In this document: positions 7,849 to 16,842 of the stretch, piece by piece | Position numbering within the stretch: the stretch's first letter is position 1 | How the letters are laid out: each line of letters starts with the position of its first letter | Assembly: GCA_011364985.1 (NCBI GenBank) | Contig: RDOC01000004.1 | Span: forward strand, 128,001-192,000 | Length of the DNA: 64,000 nucleotides | Direction of reading: 5' to 3' | DNA from: Candidatus Thorarchaeota archaeon | GTDB taxonomy: Archaea; Asgardarchaeota; Thorarchaeia; Thorarchaeales; Thorarchaeaceae | The notes under the pieces: generated by a model | Database searches by the model: none | What the model was told of the DNA's origin: nothing | What the model saw: only the letters and a program-made list of their open reading frames with translations | Translations under genes and position numbers: made by a program

Positions 7849-10800
7849 ATGAGAGGTAGAAAGGGAAGAATAAACAGCCCAAGTGGCATCCTGAGTACTG
7901 CAATCTACATGGGTCTGGTCGCCCTGTGTCGAATCTCTAGAAACAGAGCAAGTAAGAAGACTAGAAAGTTCCACCGAAGTATCGAGAAGATGTGGGCATC
8001 AGCCCGAGAAGACTACAAGGTCCAAAAGGGCCTAAGACAGAATGACTTCTCGCCTATCAAAAATGCGGAACCAAACATGCGAGGACAATTTCTAAAATTT
8101 GTCTGGACAAGCACAAAACGATATGGAAACAAGGAGTTCAAGCGCGTCTATAGCTGGTTGGAAGGAACGGTTGGACCTCTCAATGCACTTCTGAACTATG
8201 CTGGAGCTTGCCTTCGAGACCTTGCTATGGTTCTATATCCTTTTCCACAGCCTCAGAGGTTCCAAATTCGTGAATGGCCGAACGGGACTAGAAGGATTCT
8301 CACTGAATCAGAAGCTAGTGAGATTACAAAGGATGGTACAGTAAAAGTCCACTGGCGGAGTGGGTATGAGAGGAATGGCAAGAATCCTCGAGTGTTACTC
8401 TCGCATCCAACCTTGCCTAGTCTGGATTTTGTAGACATGATACGGACACATTGCGTCGAGCTCTGTCGACAATGTTTTATCTATCACGTCCCTAGGACTG
8501 AGGCACATCGATACATACGCCTCCTTATTCATCGACTCAAGCCCTTCCTTGACTGGATCTACACAAATGGACAAGAGGGCCGTTCTGGGTTCAATCCTCA
8601 TGCTGACCATGAACTTAGGAAGATGGTCCTTGAGATAAGGTCACTCTATAGAAAAAGTGCTAAGACTAGTAGACGTATCTCGGGGCAGCATAACGAGAAA
8701 CCCATTGACCTCTCTCTTGAGAAAATCCGCCAGAAGGGCATCAAACAATTGGAAGAATCCACTGATGCAAAGGAAAGAAAGCTGTTACAGAAATTCCTAA
8801 ACTATATCGATACTGCATCAGGAGTCGTAGCACGACGTGATATCGAGAAACTAATAGGTCAGATATTGGCTCTTAGTTCACGAGAGGGTACTACTTGGCA
8901 CAGGGTCCTGCTCTCAGACCTCCACCATCCGAAGTCCCTTCGTCAGGTCATTTTTTCTGGGGATCAGCTGCTTACTTCATTCTCATCAATCCTAATAGTT
9001 GCGGAACTCCCTGTTGCAGGACATTCCGGACGAGTGGACCTGACCATTTTCATCAGAAGAGAGATTGCAGGAGAGGTCTTGTGGACTCCGGTGATGATCC
9101 TTGAGATTAAGACAAAGGCAACCTTTGATTTCAACCTCTACGGATTTGAACTCAAGCGAAAAAGAAAGCATGCTGTCACCCCTGCTTTCTACGCATGGAA
9201 ACGCACTATGACTGGGAATGAGTGGCAGAGCATTGTCAATGCAAGTCCCGACCCAGATGCCCTTAATCAACTTCGAGCCTATGAACAGGAGCTTATTGCA
9301 GAGTATAGACAGTTAGCCGCTCATGACCCAGCTCCGCCCTCCTCGCTTTGGAAAGGAGTCATTGTCTTGGATGCTGAAGCGAGTCCGGAGGACATATTTC
9401 CAGCCGTCCAGTTTCTTCTTGAAGATCTGAAGACTGGGCTCCTACAGCAGCTGATTGATCGAGATTCCTTCATTGCTGTTACACCAAAATCCCTAGCTTT
9501 AGAAGGGGACGATCCCAGGGTTTCTCTACTAGTTTCTCCAGCCAGGGGACCTACTGGATTACTCGGCGAGATGGAGCCTCCCACAAGTCTACCCATTGAC
9601 GATCCCTTTGCTGACCGAGAGAGCGACGACCGACTTCTAACACTCTATGTTTCCATTCCTTCTCCAACCTCCTCGGGAGTGACTGCAGCAAGACTCTCTC
9701 GAAACTGGCATCTCCTTCATCATATTCAGGAGTGTATTGAAACAATCTCCTCCATAGAAGATGTGGTGTGGCTAGACCTTATGGGGGATTACAAGAGCGA
9801 TGAGCTTGTCAAGAAACGATTCGGCTTGCATTCCTTGAGACAGGAGAAGATGATATCCAAGAAGTCCTTTCGGGAACTCACCTCAATCCTTCAATCCATC
9901 AGGTTTCTCGACCTGAGTCCATTCATGAACGGGATTCTTACCGAAGGCGCACAGGCATTTAGCAGCCTACTAAACCATATTGCAGCTACAATCCCAGCTG
10001 AGAATGGAGAACAGATCATCATCCTTGATGGATGGACAGACCTGCAAGATATGATTCCAAGACATCAACAGCACCTACTTCGTATCCTTGAGCGAAAACT
10101 GCTTCATGCGCTCCCTCAATCAAATGTTAACATCATCTGGATTGATGACGGTGTGCCCCATACTAAGATGAACCCAGACTACCAGCGTCAGTGCATCAGT
10201 CCTCTTAGGTATGACTCCCTCCGCAAGACTCATGTTGATGAGTTCATCTACAATATGCCAATACCCTCTCCTAGGTTCTGGTGGACAAATCCACAACATG
10301 ATGATATTCGAATCATTGTGCAAGACACCCCGACCAGAGAAAACCCCTGGAAGACGGCAATCTACGTTCCACAACTTTCGGGACTTGCAGAGAAGTTTAG
10401 AGGTCTTGCCAAGCGGGACAGAGTCATTGCTCCTAAGGAAATAGCACAGGATTTGGAAGGGAAGAAACCTATGTATGGACGAGATGTGACCCTGTGTCGC
10501 ATTCATCCATCTTCAGGTATTCTCTCAGAGGATGAACTCTCTGACCTTCTAGAAGATGCGCTCACTCTTGTGCCCAGTACCCTGAGAGAGAGGATGCCCC
10601 GACTAGAAGAAGAGTGTGAAGAAATCCAGATTTCTGAAGATGCTATCTGGCAATCTGTTATCCAGACGACTAGCTCTGCAAGCGGTTCTACGATGGAAGA
10701 AAGGATGAGAATTGATGTAACAAGACCACCCCCACGACCAGGGGGAACTGACCGATACATCGATGTTCTCATCAATGCTAAAAGAGAGCGGATTACAAGA

Positions 10801-13173
10801 TCTTGGTCCTATGACCAGACCCCCAAGCAATTTCCTGATGATGCAGATGAGTCTTATCTGTGTACATTCCCTCCAGAGTTGACGATCTCTGATGCAGTAG
10901 AGATCGACTCCATTGAAACCCGTGAACGAGAGCTTGGACGGCTCAAATCAGCAACCAGATACCTGAAGCAACAGACCTTCCTCTCACAGAAACTAAGGAA
11001 AATGTGCAGGAGGATTGAGAGGCATTGCAATCAGCAATTTGCTCTCATTAAAGACAACCCCTCACTGAAGACCAGTAACTTCTTCTTTAAAGCACTCAAA
11101 CAGGTCGAAACAATTATCCTAGAGGACACGCTAGGAGCAACTATCTGGGAAACACTCCGTTCATCTCGACAAGAACTACTTGATGTTCTGAACTCAGACA
11201 ACAGACAATTCTTAGAGGAGGTCATGAAGGAAACACCTGATGCTCTCCTGCTCTATGGCAATAATCTTGTCCTAGCAATTGTTTCTGTTCTCAAGGACAG
11301 CAACTTGTCTTTAGCAAAGCCTCTCTGGGAGTCTGTTGCTAGGTGGACATTATATCAGATAGGAATGAACAGTGACAATGATATCACAAAGACAGTCTAT
11401 AGCTTTCGAGCAATTCTCTCCAACCTGAGAGCGCGCATCAATACTCTTTCGCATCTCAATCTCCCTGAGATGATTCTGGAACAAGAGCAGGTTGGTGCGA
11501 TCATTTGGATGGAGTCTGAGGCCAGGTATGATGCACTTCTTCTAATATCTCATGATAATACTGGCTTTCTAATTGGCATTATTGAGGGACTAAACAATAG
11601 ATGGATTCCAGCAAAATGGCACTCCTGTAAGACAACTCCCCAGCAGTTAAAACACCATGTGCAGAACGCTCTCACATCCACAGATAGGACACCTGTTATC
11701 ACGACCACGGTTAGAGATTTGAGTGTCCTCCTGATACCTGCGTTGACCGAGGATGATGAACTCGTCTGGAGCTGCTTCTCTCTGAAGCATGGTAGACCCA
11801 GCGGACGACGAAACAGTATTCCATGGATAAAGCTAGAACCTGCTGAATCTCTGGCAGCGCCCAGCCACGTACCTGAGATCCCAGACGAAATTGACGAAAC
11901 TCTCCGGAAGATAATTCGGGTCAAGCACAGCATCACTCCTGTAAAGCTCCTCGTTGGTATAGATGAGGAGCTTGAGGTCTACGAAGTTCAGTTAACGGGC
12001 GAAGGCATTGAAGAACGACGTAAGTTCAGACGAACCAGAGAAGCGGTTCGATTTCTCAGAACTCCAATCAGAGAGGGAGTGGGGTATCGGTGGCAGGGAC
12101 AGACTCTCACTTGGGACCATCGCAAAGATATCGATTATGGCGATTCACTCTCTTTTCTCAGACCTCTTATTCATCGGAGCAAGTTCTACCCCGATATCTA
12201 TCATTATCCAAAGACATGCAAGGACCTCCTTACCGCAAGCAAAGGACATGAGATAATCATGGTCATCAGTCAAGAGGGACCGACATACCGGGTCAAGTTT
12301 CAGGATCTCCCAGACCAATCTGCTCTGAGAGAACTGGAGATAGCGGAACTGGACATCCATGCACTGGGCCTACTTGCAGAGTGCAAGGAACTCTTTGACC
12401 TCGGAAGCAGGACTTGGCACCCATTAGTGCTAGATGTCAACGCTATCATGGACCTCTGGTTCCCCAAGCTTCATGAATACCCCCGGCTAATTGAGGCGAT
12501 TCAGGCCGCTGATGTTAACGAGTTCAACTGGTCAAGAGAAACATGGTTCATAGAGATTAGGCTTTGGAGAAATGAACTGAGATGGTGCATCATGTCGAAG
12601 ACAACAGGACTGCCTTGGATGAACAGGGAATTCACATATATCCTTACTCTTGGAAGAGAGCCTGATAAGGAGTTGGAGGCTTTCAAGGAGGTGGTCACGG
12701 CCATTGTTCAGCCAGAGCATCTCTGCAATCTGGATGACGAGCTTGAAACGTACAAGGTGACACTCAAGGAGAGGTATAGTGAATACCTTCGGACTGTCAG
12801 TGTGGAAGACGCGGATGAGAGAAAAGCTGAAGATGAGCTGGAGAAAGCTGCTGCTATAGGCGCTCCATGGGAGAGAATAGCGTTCAGGTATAGCGGAATG
12901 AAACTCAGGAGAATAAAAAGAAACACCGTGGTTGTTGTTTCCTTGGTGTCCGGCGAAGAAGAAGCAGAGGTGTACGTGGTGAGGGATGTCCAAAGGTATG
13001 TGAATGAATCTCGGTCAGCAGGTGCAATCCACTCAGAACCTGTTGATGATGAGGTGAAGGAGAGTCTTGCAGACTATGAGTTTGAGAAGGGCGAGCTTGA
13101 AAGAATCAAGGCGGCTGTCAGGAAAGTGTTGGAGGAGGAAGGAGTCAGGTTTTCTAATGAACAGGCCTTTTAG
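7849..13173 (+). CDS. giant (1774 aa) protein with a PD-(D/E)XK nuclease domain and a degenerate P-loop-like domain
   Basis: VAELPV...GRVDLTIF...ILEIKTK...NQLRAY...KGVIV nuclease motifs; SPTSSGVT, VVWLDL and IIILDGW resemble RecA-like Walker remnants. Confidence 0.75.
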   Translation: MRGRKGRINSPSGILSTAIYMGLVALCRISRNRASKKTRKFHRSIEKMWASAREDYKVQKGLRQNDFSPIKNAEPNMRGQFLKFVWTSTKRYGNKEFKRVYSWLEGTVGPLNALLNYAGACLRDLAMVLYPFPQPQRFQIREWPNGTRRILTESEASEITKDGTVKVHWRSGYERNGKNPRVLLSHPTLPSLDFVDMIRTHCVELCRQCFIYHVPRTEAHRYIRLLIHRLKPFLDWIYTNGQEGRSGFNPHADHELRKMVLEIRSLYRKSAKTSRRISGQHNEKPIDLSLEKIRQKGIKQLEESTDAKERKLLQKFLNYIDTASGVVARRDIEKLIGQILALSSREGTTWHRVLLSDLHHPKSLRQVIFSGDQLLTSFSSILIVAELPVAGHSGRVDLTIFIRREIAGEVLWTPVMILEIKTKATFDFNLYGFELKRKRKHAVTPAFYAWKRTMTGNEWQSIVNASPDPDALNQLRAYEQELIAEYRQLAAHDPAPPSSLWKGVIVLDAEASPEDIFPAVQFLLEDLKTGLLQQLIDRDSFIAVTPKSLALEGDDPRVSLLVSPARGPTGLLGEMEPPTSLPIDDPFADRESDDRLLTLYVSIPSPTSSGVTAARLSRNWHLLHHIQECIETISSIEDVVWLDLMGDYKSDELVKKRFGLHSLRQEKMISKKSFRELTSILQSIRFLDLSPFMNGILTEGAQAFSSLLNHIAATIPAENGEQIIILDGWTDLQDMIPRHQQHLLRILERKLLHALPQSNVNIIWIDDGVPHTKMNPDYQRQCISPLRYDSLRKTHVDEFIYNMPIPSPRFWWTNPQHDDIRIIVQDTPTRENPWKTAIYVPQLSGLAEKFRGLAKRDRVIAPKEIAQDLEGKKPMYGRDVTLCRIHPSSGILSEDELSDLLEDALTLVPSTLRERMPRLEEECEEIQISEDAIWQSVIQTTSSASGSTMEERMRIDVTRPPPRPGGTDRYIDVLINAKRERITRSWSYDQTPKQFPDDADESYLCTFPPELTISDAVEIDSIETRERELGRLKSATRYLKQQTFLSQKLRKMCRRIERHCNQQFALIKDNPSLKTSNFFFKALKQVETIILEDTLGATIWETLRSSRQELLDVLNSDNRQFLEEVMKETPDALLLYGNNLVLAIVSVLKDSNLSLAKPLWESVARWTLYQIGMNSDNDITKTVYSFRAILSNLRARINTLSHLNLPEMILEQEQVGAIIWMESEARYDALLLISHDNTGFLIGIIEGLNNRWIPAKWHSCKTTPQQLKHHVQNALTSTDRTPVITTTVRDLSVLLIPALTEDDELVWSCFSLKHGRPSGRRNSIPWIKLEPAESLAAPSHVPEIPDEIDETLRKIIRVKHSITPVKLLVGIDEELEVYEVQLTGEGIEERRKFRRTREAVRFLRTPIREGVGYRWQGQTLTWDHRKDIDYGDSLSFLRPLIHRSKFYPDIYHYPKTCKDLLTASKGHEIIMVISQEGPTYRVKFQDLPDQSALRELEIAELDIHALGLLAECKELFDLGSRTWHPLVLDVNAIMDLWFPKLHEYPRLIEAIQAADVNEFNWSRETWFIEIRLWRNELRWCIMSKTTGLPWMNREFTYILTLGREPDKELEAFKEVVTAIVQPEHLCNLDDELETYKVTLKERYSEYLRTVSVEDADERKAEDELEKAAAIGAPWERIAFRYSGMKLRRIKRNTVVVVSLVSGEEEAEVYVVRDVQRYVNESRSAGAIHSEPVDDEVKESLADYEFEKGELERIKAAVRKVLEEEGVRFSNEQAF

Positions 13174-13330
13174 ACTAATGAGCACACAACTCGTAGACCC
13201 TTCATGAGAAGAAGGCGATGAGAGATATCATGTCAGAAACCAGCTCCTTCTGTGGACTCTGCTGTTCTGGTATATAGAGAATCTCAACACCCACTCCATA
13301 GTCCTTGAGGATCCCTAGAAGAATGCTGGT
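13160..13330 (-). pseudogene. tnpA: IS607 TnpA serine recombinase C-terminal remnant
   Basis: Manual translation ILLGILKDYGVGVEILYIPEQQSPQKELVSDMISLIAFFS*RVYELCAH*SKR matches the IS607 pattern YGVEIEV...SPEEELVEDLISIITSFSARLYGxRSHK; stops at 13202-13204 and 13175-13177. Confidence 0.8.
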
Positions 13331-13502
13331 GACCTTGACATCCTACTCGGTGTTTAGGACTGACCTAGTCTTTAAAGCAGTCATCTTACCCTTTGTCAAG
13401 AAAAAAAGCAGTGTTTTTTTCTCAAGGATTTTCAGTGGGAAGCTAATATTGAACATACGGAAACACGAGCGAAGAACGAGGTGAGATACATGCAGAGATT
13501 AG

Positions 13503-13539
13503 CCACAATCCTTTATGTTACCATTACACCACTCGGGCC
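13503..13539 (-). pseudogene. 5' half of the disrupted original tRNA-His(GUG)
   Basis: G-GCCCGAG-TG-GTGT-AATGGTA-ACAT-A-AAGGA-TTGTGG; upstream context (CTAATAAG...GCTTCTT...CAATGGCCCGAG) is homologous to that of the intact copy. Confidence 0.88.
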
Positions 13540-13687
13540 ATTGTTTACTAAGAAGCCAGCGATGACCAGCTCGTTTGTTTTTTCTTATTAGGTTATCCGT
13601 TTAGCAACTCCACAAGCATCCCAAACAAAAGCATGGCATGATTCAAAAACATCTTCCATCAATCGGAAGCGAGGAGATTGTAATAGG

Positions 13688-14248
13688 GTGAGTGAAGTGG
13701 AGAAACTAACAAATGCATTGGATAAGCATGCAACATTACGGAATTTGGCACTAGCGATAGTTGTCTGCATTGTTGTTATTGCGATCATGGGTTATGCTAC
13801 CGAGACCCTCGTTTACACCGTCTTTGGCGACACGACAATGCCCGATACTAGGCTATGGTACAGCTATGGAGAGATACTCAGCGCTTTCATCATCTTGGGT
13901 CCAGAGGGACTCCAGATTTGGTCGCAAGTCCATCTGCTTGACCTACTACTTCCGCTAGCCTATTCCTTTTCATTGGTGTTTGGAATATTGATGGAACTCA
14001 GAGTTGTTCTTCCTGATAGACGAAATCTGCGGCAGCTTGGCCTTCTTCCGCTCTTGGCTGCAATTGCAGACTACCTTGAAAATACACTAATCGCATCTCA
14101 AATAGCAGCATATCCTAATCTCTCCGAGCCTGTCATCGAAGTGGCAAGCGTTGTGACCACCACAAAATGGGTTCTGTTAGGGACTTCCTTTGCCATTGTC
14201 TTCTTCCTTCTAATGCTTCTGATATACAACAGAGCGGCAAAGAAATAG
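13688..14248 (+). CDS. 4-TM membrane protein
   Basis: hydrophobic helices, DLLLPLAY and ADYLEN motifs. Confidence 0.8.
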   Translation: MSEVEKLTNALDKHATLRNLALAIVVCIVVIAIMGYATETLVYTVFGDTTMPDTRLWYSYGEILSAFIILGPEGLQIWSQVHLLDLLLPLAYSFSLVFGILMELRVVLPDRRNLRQLGLLPLLAAIADYLENTLIASQIAAYPNLSEPVIEVASVVTTTKWVLLGTSFAIVFFLLMLLIYNRAAKK

Positions 14249-14585
14249 AGTGTTAGGTGAAGATCCGCTCCTCCGCAGGTCTTCAAGATATGAGAGATCT
14301 ATCTGTCGAATCGGGTTAGAGGAGGAGCTCTTACATCCTCCCCAACTAGAGGATAATAAGAGGAGGAGGAGAGGCAAGCTACATGATCTGAGGAGGTCTT
14401 CCTATTGCGAATTATCTGAATCGTCATTTTTCTTCATCTGTAAACAATCGTACCTTGACCGAATATTACTTGCTGGCCAATTGCAGCTGAAGAAACAGGC
14501 ATATTTCGAGAGAATTTCTTTCAGGAATCGCAAGCAGGATTGCGGAGGCGATACGACCAGAAACTCAGAAGAATGATGCCATTTG

Positions 14586-15503
14586 CTATATCCCTGCCTT
14601 TTCCAACATCTGTCTGAGCTTAATCTCGCCCAGATACGGGTACTTCAAGCTTGAGTACGAAACCAAGGTTGCGGTTGACCGTACATGGTCCAGTCCTCTG
14701 ATTTTCTTTGCAATTGCCTCTGCCTCATACAAAGTATCAACCACAAACTCTGCAAACAGAATGGAATCTGTTGCCGATACCCAAGGACTCCAAAACTCAA
14801 CTGGATACTCATTATGAAGCCATTCGATCATATCATTCATGGAGACCTTCTTCTCGTCTAAGTCAATTCTGATATTGATGTTTACAAGACCGCCTGCCGC
14901 AAGATCAGGTCTAGCTGCAAACCAAGCGGCCTCCTCTTCAGCAATTTCATCAAGGGCACGGCGTACGGTTTTTGAGGACAACCCAGACTCCCTTGCAATA
15001 TCGGCAATGAGTCTTCGAGGGGCATCAATTAGAGCTTTGAGAACCTTGAGATGCACTTTCTTGAACCTAAACTTCAAGCCTCTGTCATTAGTCAAAAGTG
15101 GATGCATCTCAACCTTCAGCGTTTCATTCAAACCTCTTAGGAAGGCTCCAATCTCATGAAGCATCTCTGTACCAATGTATTGTCCCCAGACCAAGTAAGC
15201 ACCACCGCCCACAGTTGCAAGGAGACTGATATGACCAATCATCGAATTTCTACCCATGATATCAACAAACTCATCAATGTTCTCAGTACCATCGGTGACA
15301 ACAATTGCCTGAAAGTCGTTAGCTCCTATTACCTCCCTATCTAGAGCAACGAAGAATTTGGCCACAACACCTGTATCAATCAGACCTGCAACTCTATTCT
15401 TAACTGCATTTGGACTTAGACCTGTTTCTCTTGCAAGGCTTTCATAACTCACTCGGCAATTCGTGCAGAGATTGGAGAGGATCTTCTTGTCAATTCTGTC
15501 CAA
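14586..15503 (-). CDS. tandem double Lrp/AsnC-type regulator
   Basis: two HTH-RAM repeats (MDRIDKKILSNL..., HLKVLKALIDAPRRLIADIARESGLS). Confidence 0.85.
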   Translation of the reverse strand: MDRIDKKILSNLCTNCRVSYESLARETGLSPNAVKNRVAGLIDTGVVAKFFVALDREVIGANDFQAIVVTDGTENIDEFVDIMGRNSMIGHISLLATVGGGAYLVWGQYIGTEMLHEIGAFLRGLNETLKVEMHPLLTNDRGLKFRFKKVHLKVLKALIDAPRRLIADIARESGLSSKTVRRALDEIAEEEAAWFAARPDLAAGGLVNINIRIDLDEKKVSMNDMIEWLHNEYPVEFWSPWVSATDSILFAEFVVDTLYEAEAIAKKIRGLDHVRSTATLVSYSSLKYPYLGEIKLRQMLEKAGI

Positions 15504-15565
15504 TGGTAGACCTCCGTGGAAATATCCGACAAGGGAATCCTAATATTGCTAGATTGATATCTGCA

Positions 15566-15922
15566 TTACGAAGGGCCACTCAATACGCCCTTCAAGTTGT
15601 CTATTTCCTCTTCCAAATCATCAACCTTTTCAGAGAGTGCGATAACGGAATTTAGTAGCATGGAAATGATATAACCATGATTCACTGAGTATCCCTGTTC
15701 TCGCTCTATCAATTCAGCCTCTTCTAGCCTCCGAGCAGCATTAGTCACAGACTGCTTGGACAACTTCCTCTCCTTGATTGGTCGGTTTACCGTTTCTCGG
15801 ACTTTGGTGGGAGAAATCACCGGACCTTTCAAGGGAGCCAGCAGACTATGAAGCAGCAGCAGTCCTGCACTCATACGTGGATTCCTGATCTTCTCAAATG
15901 CCAATTCCAGTTGATCCTTCAA
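15566..15922 (-). CDS. winged-helix protein with a C-terminal coiled coil
   Basis: LSKQSVTNAARRLEEAELIER wHTH pattern. Confidence 0.7.
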   Translation of the reverse strand: MKDQLELAFEKIRNPRMSAGLLLLHSLLAPLKGPVISPTKVRETVNRPIKERKLSKQSVTNAARRLEEAELIEREQGYSVNHGYIISMLLNSVIALSEKVDDLEEEIDNLKGVLSGPS

Positions 15923-16155
15923 TGTTTTGCGCCCCCGATGATTTCATGATTACGTGGAGCAGTAAACGCATAGTCCATGAAAAAGCTTCTTGTTATTAGA
16001 AACCGACCAGAAATGATACACTGCGGAATTCTGAGTAGAGCAACGTTTACTGACTCAGAGGTAACCTCGAAAGATGAATTGCTATTTCAAATCGTATCTG
16101 ATAGGTCATGTCAAAACAATGAAAAGACAGTTACTCTGAAATGCTTTGACTTCAA

Positions 16156-16842
16156 TTGCAGACAGACATCAACCGAATAGTGTTCATCCCGGTAATCCAC
16201 ACGGACAAAGAGAGTGTGGATAGGGTGATTCAGACAGTGAATTCAGTGAAACCCGACGTGGTAGCCGTTGAACTAGATAGAGAACGGTACTATCAGTTGA
16301 CAGAGGCAAAAGCCGGCAAGAATGCGACACCGCAAAAAATGGCAGAAGACGCTGTACAAGGCCTTATGCAAAACCTAGCGATACTGGAACAAAGACTGGG
16401 GGAGACAACTGGGTCAAGTGTGGGAGAGGAAATGATCGCCGCGATTGAGGAAGGAAGAAGAATTGGGGCCAAGATCGCTCTTGTGGACAGACCACTTCAT
16501 CTCACAGTGCAGGCCCTGATGTCTGTGCCTTTAGATGAGATCTACAGGTTAACGGGTCTTGTCCCAGAAGCAAATGAAGAGATCGTTCAAGGGGATTCCA
16601 AGGACATTTTTGGGATATTAAAGGAAGAAGGAGCAATTGCAGACTTGATGAAGGACTTTGAAAACGAGTTTCCTTTGACCGCAGAAGCACTTATTCATCA
16701 GCGAGACCGCTATGTGGCAAATGCTCTTGTGACGATCTTAGATGACGTTGAGGGGAGAATTGTCGTCGTATTAGGAGCTGGGCATATCAACGGCGTTCAG
16801 AAAGTACTCAAGGAGCTTTTAGAAAAACAAAGCGCATCCTAG
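16156..16842 (+). CDS. TraB/GumN family protein
   Basis: H...PDVVAVELDRER, GEEM, LVDRP, RDRY, VLGAGH motifs. Confidence 0.88.
   Translation: MQTDINRIVFIPVIHTDKESVDRVIQTVNSVKPDVVAVELDRERYYQLTEAKAGKNATPQKMAEDAVQGLMQNLAILEQRLGETTGSSVGEEMIAAIEEGRRIGAKIALVDRPLHLTVQALMSVPLDEIYRLTGLVPEANEEIVQGDSKDIFGILKEEGAIADLMKDFENEFPLTAEALIHQRDRYVANALVTILDDVEGRIVVVLGAGHINGVQKVLKELLEKQSAS

Larger units (their letters stand above)
5470..13502 (-). mobile_element. IS607-family-derived non-autonomous composite element inserted in the tRNA-His anticodon loop
   Basis: Junctions AAGGATTGTGG|CTAATC... and ...GAACGGCTGTGG|CTCCTTTG; removing the element restores the anticodon arm; order is tnpA remnant, cargo gene, tnpB, structured right end. 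Confidence 0.8.

Noticed and set aside
5380-7850. CRISPR array for the Cas12f-like protein
   Set aside because: No repeat-spacer periodicity near the gene or elsewhere in the window, and no cas1/cas2/cas4; only a single ATTGAAA within the omegaRNA candidate
13459-13473. FARVS peptide resembling the serine recombinase YARVS catalytic motif
   Set aside because: Only five residues, too close to the element end, wrongly spaced from the C-terminal relic, and without supporting flanking similarity; may be chance
5468-13507. 7-bp TGTGGCT as a tyrosine-integrase att core or a Tn7/CAST target duplication
   Set aside because: No integrase, TnsB/C or TniQ, no TG...CA ends, and the tRNA is not restored; the IS607 tnpA relic with a GG crossover explains the junctions better
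4855-13539. Functional split/trans-spliced or giant-intron tRNA-His
   Set aside because: No BHB can be drawn at the 37/38 junction, there are no complementary leader sequences, and about 8 nt (5' T-stem) are missing altogether
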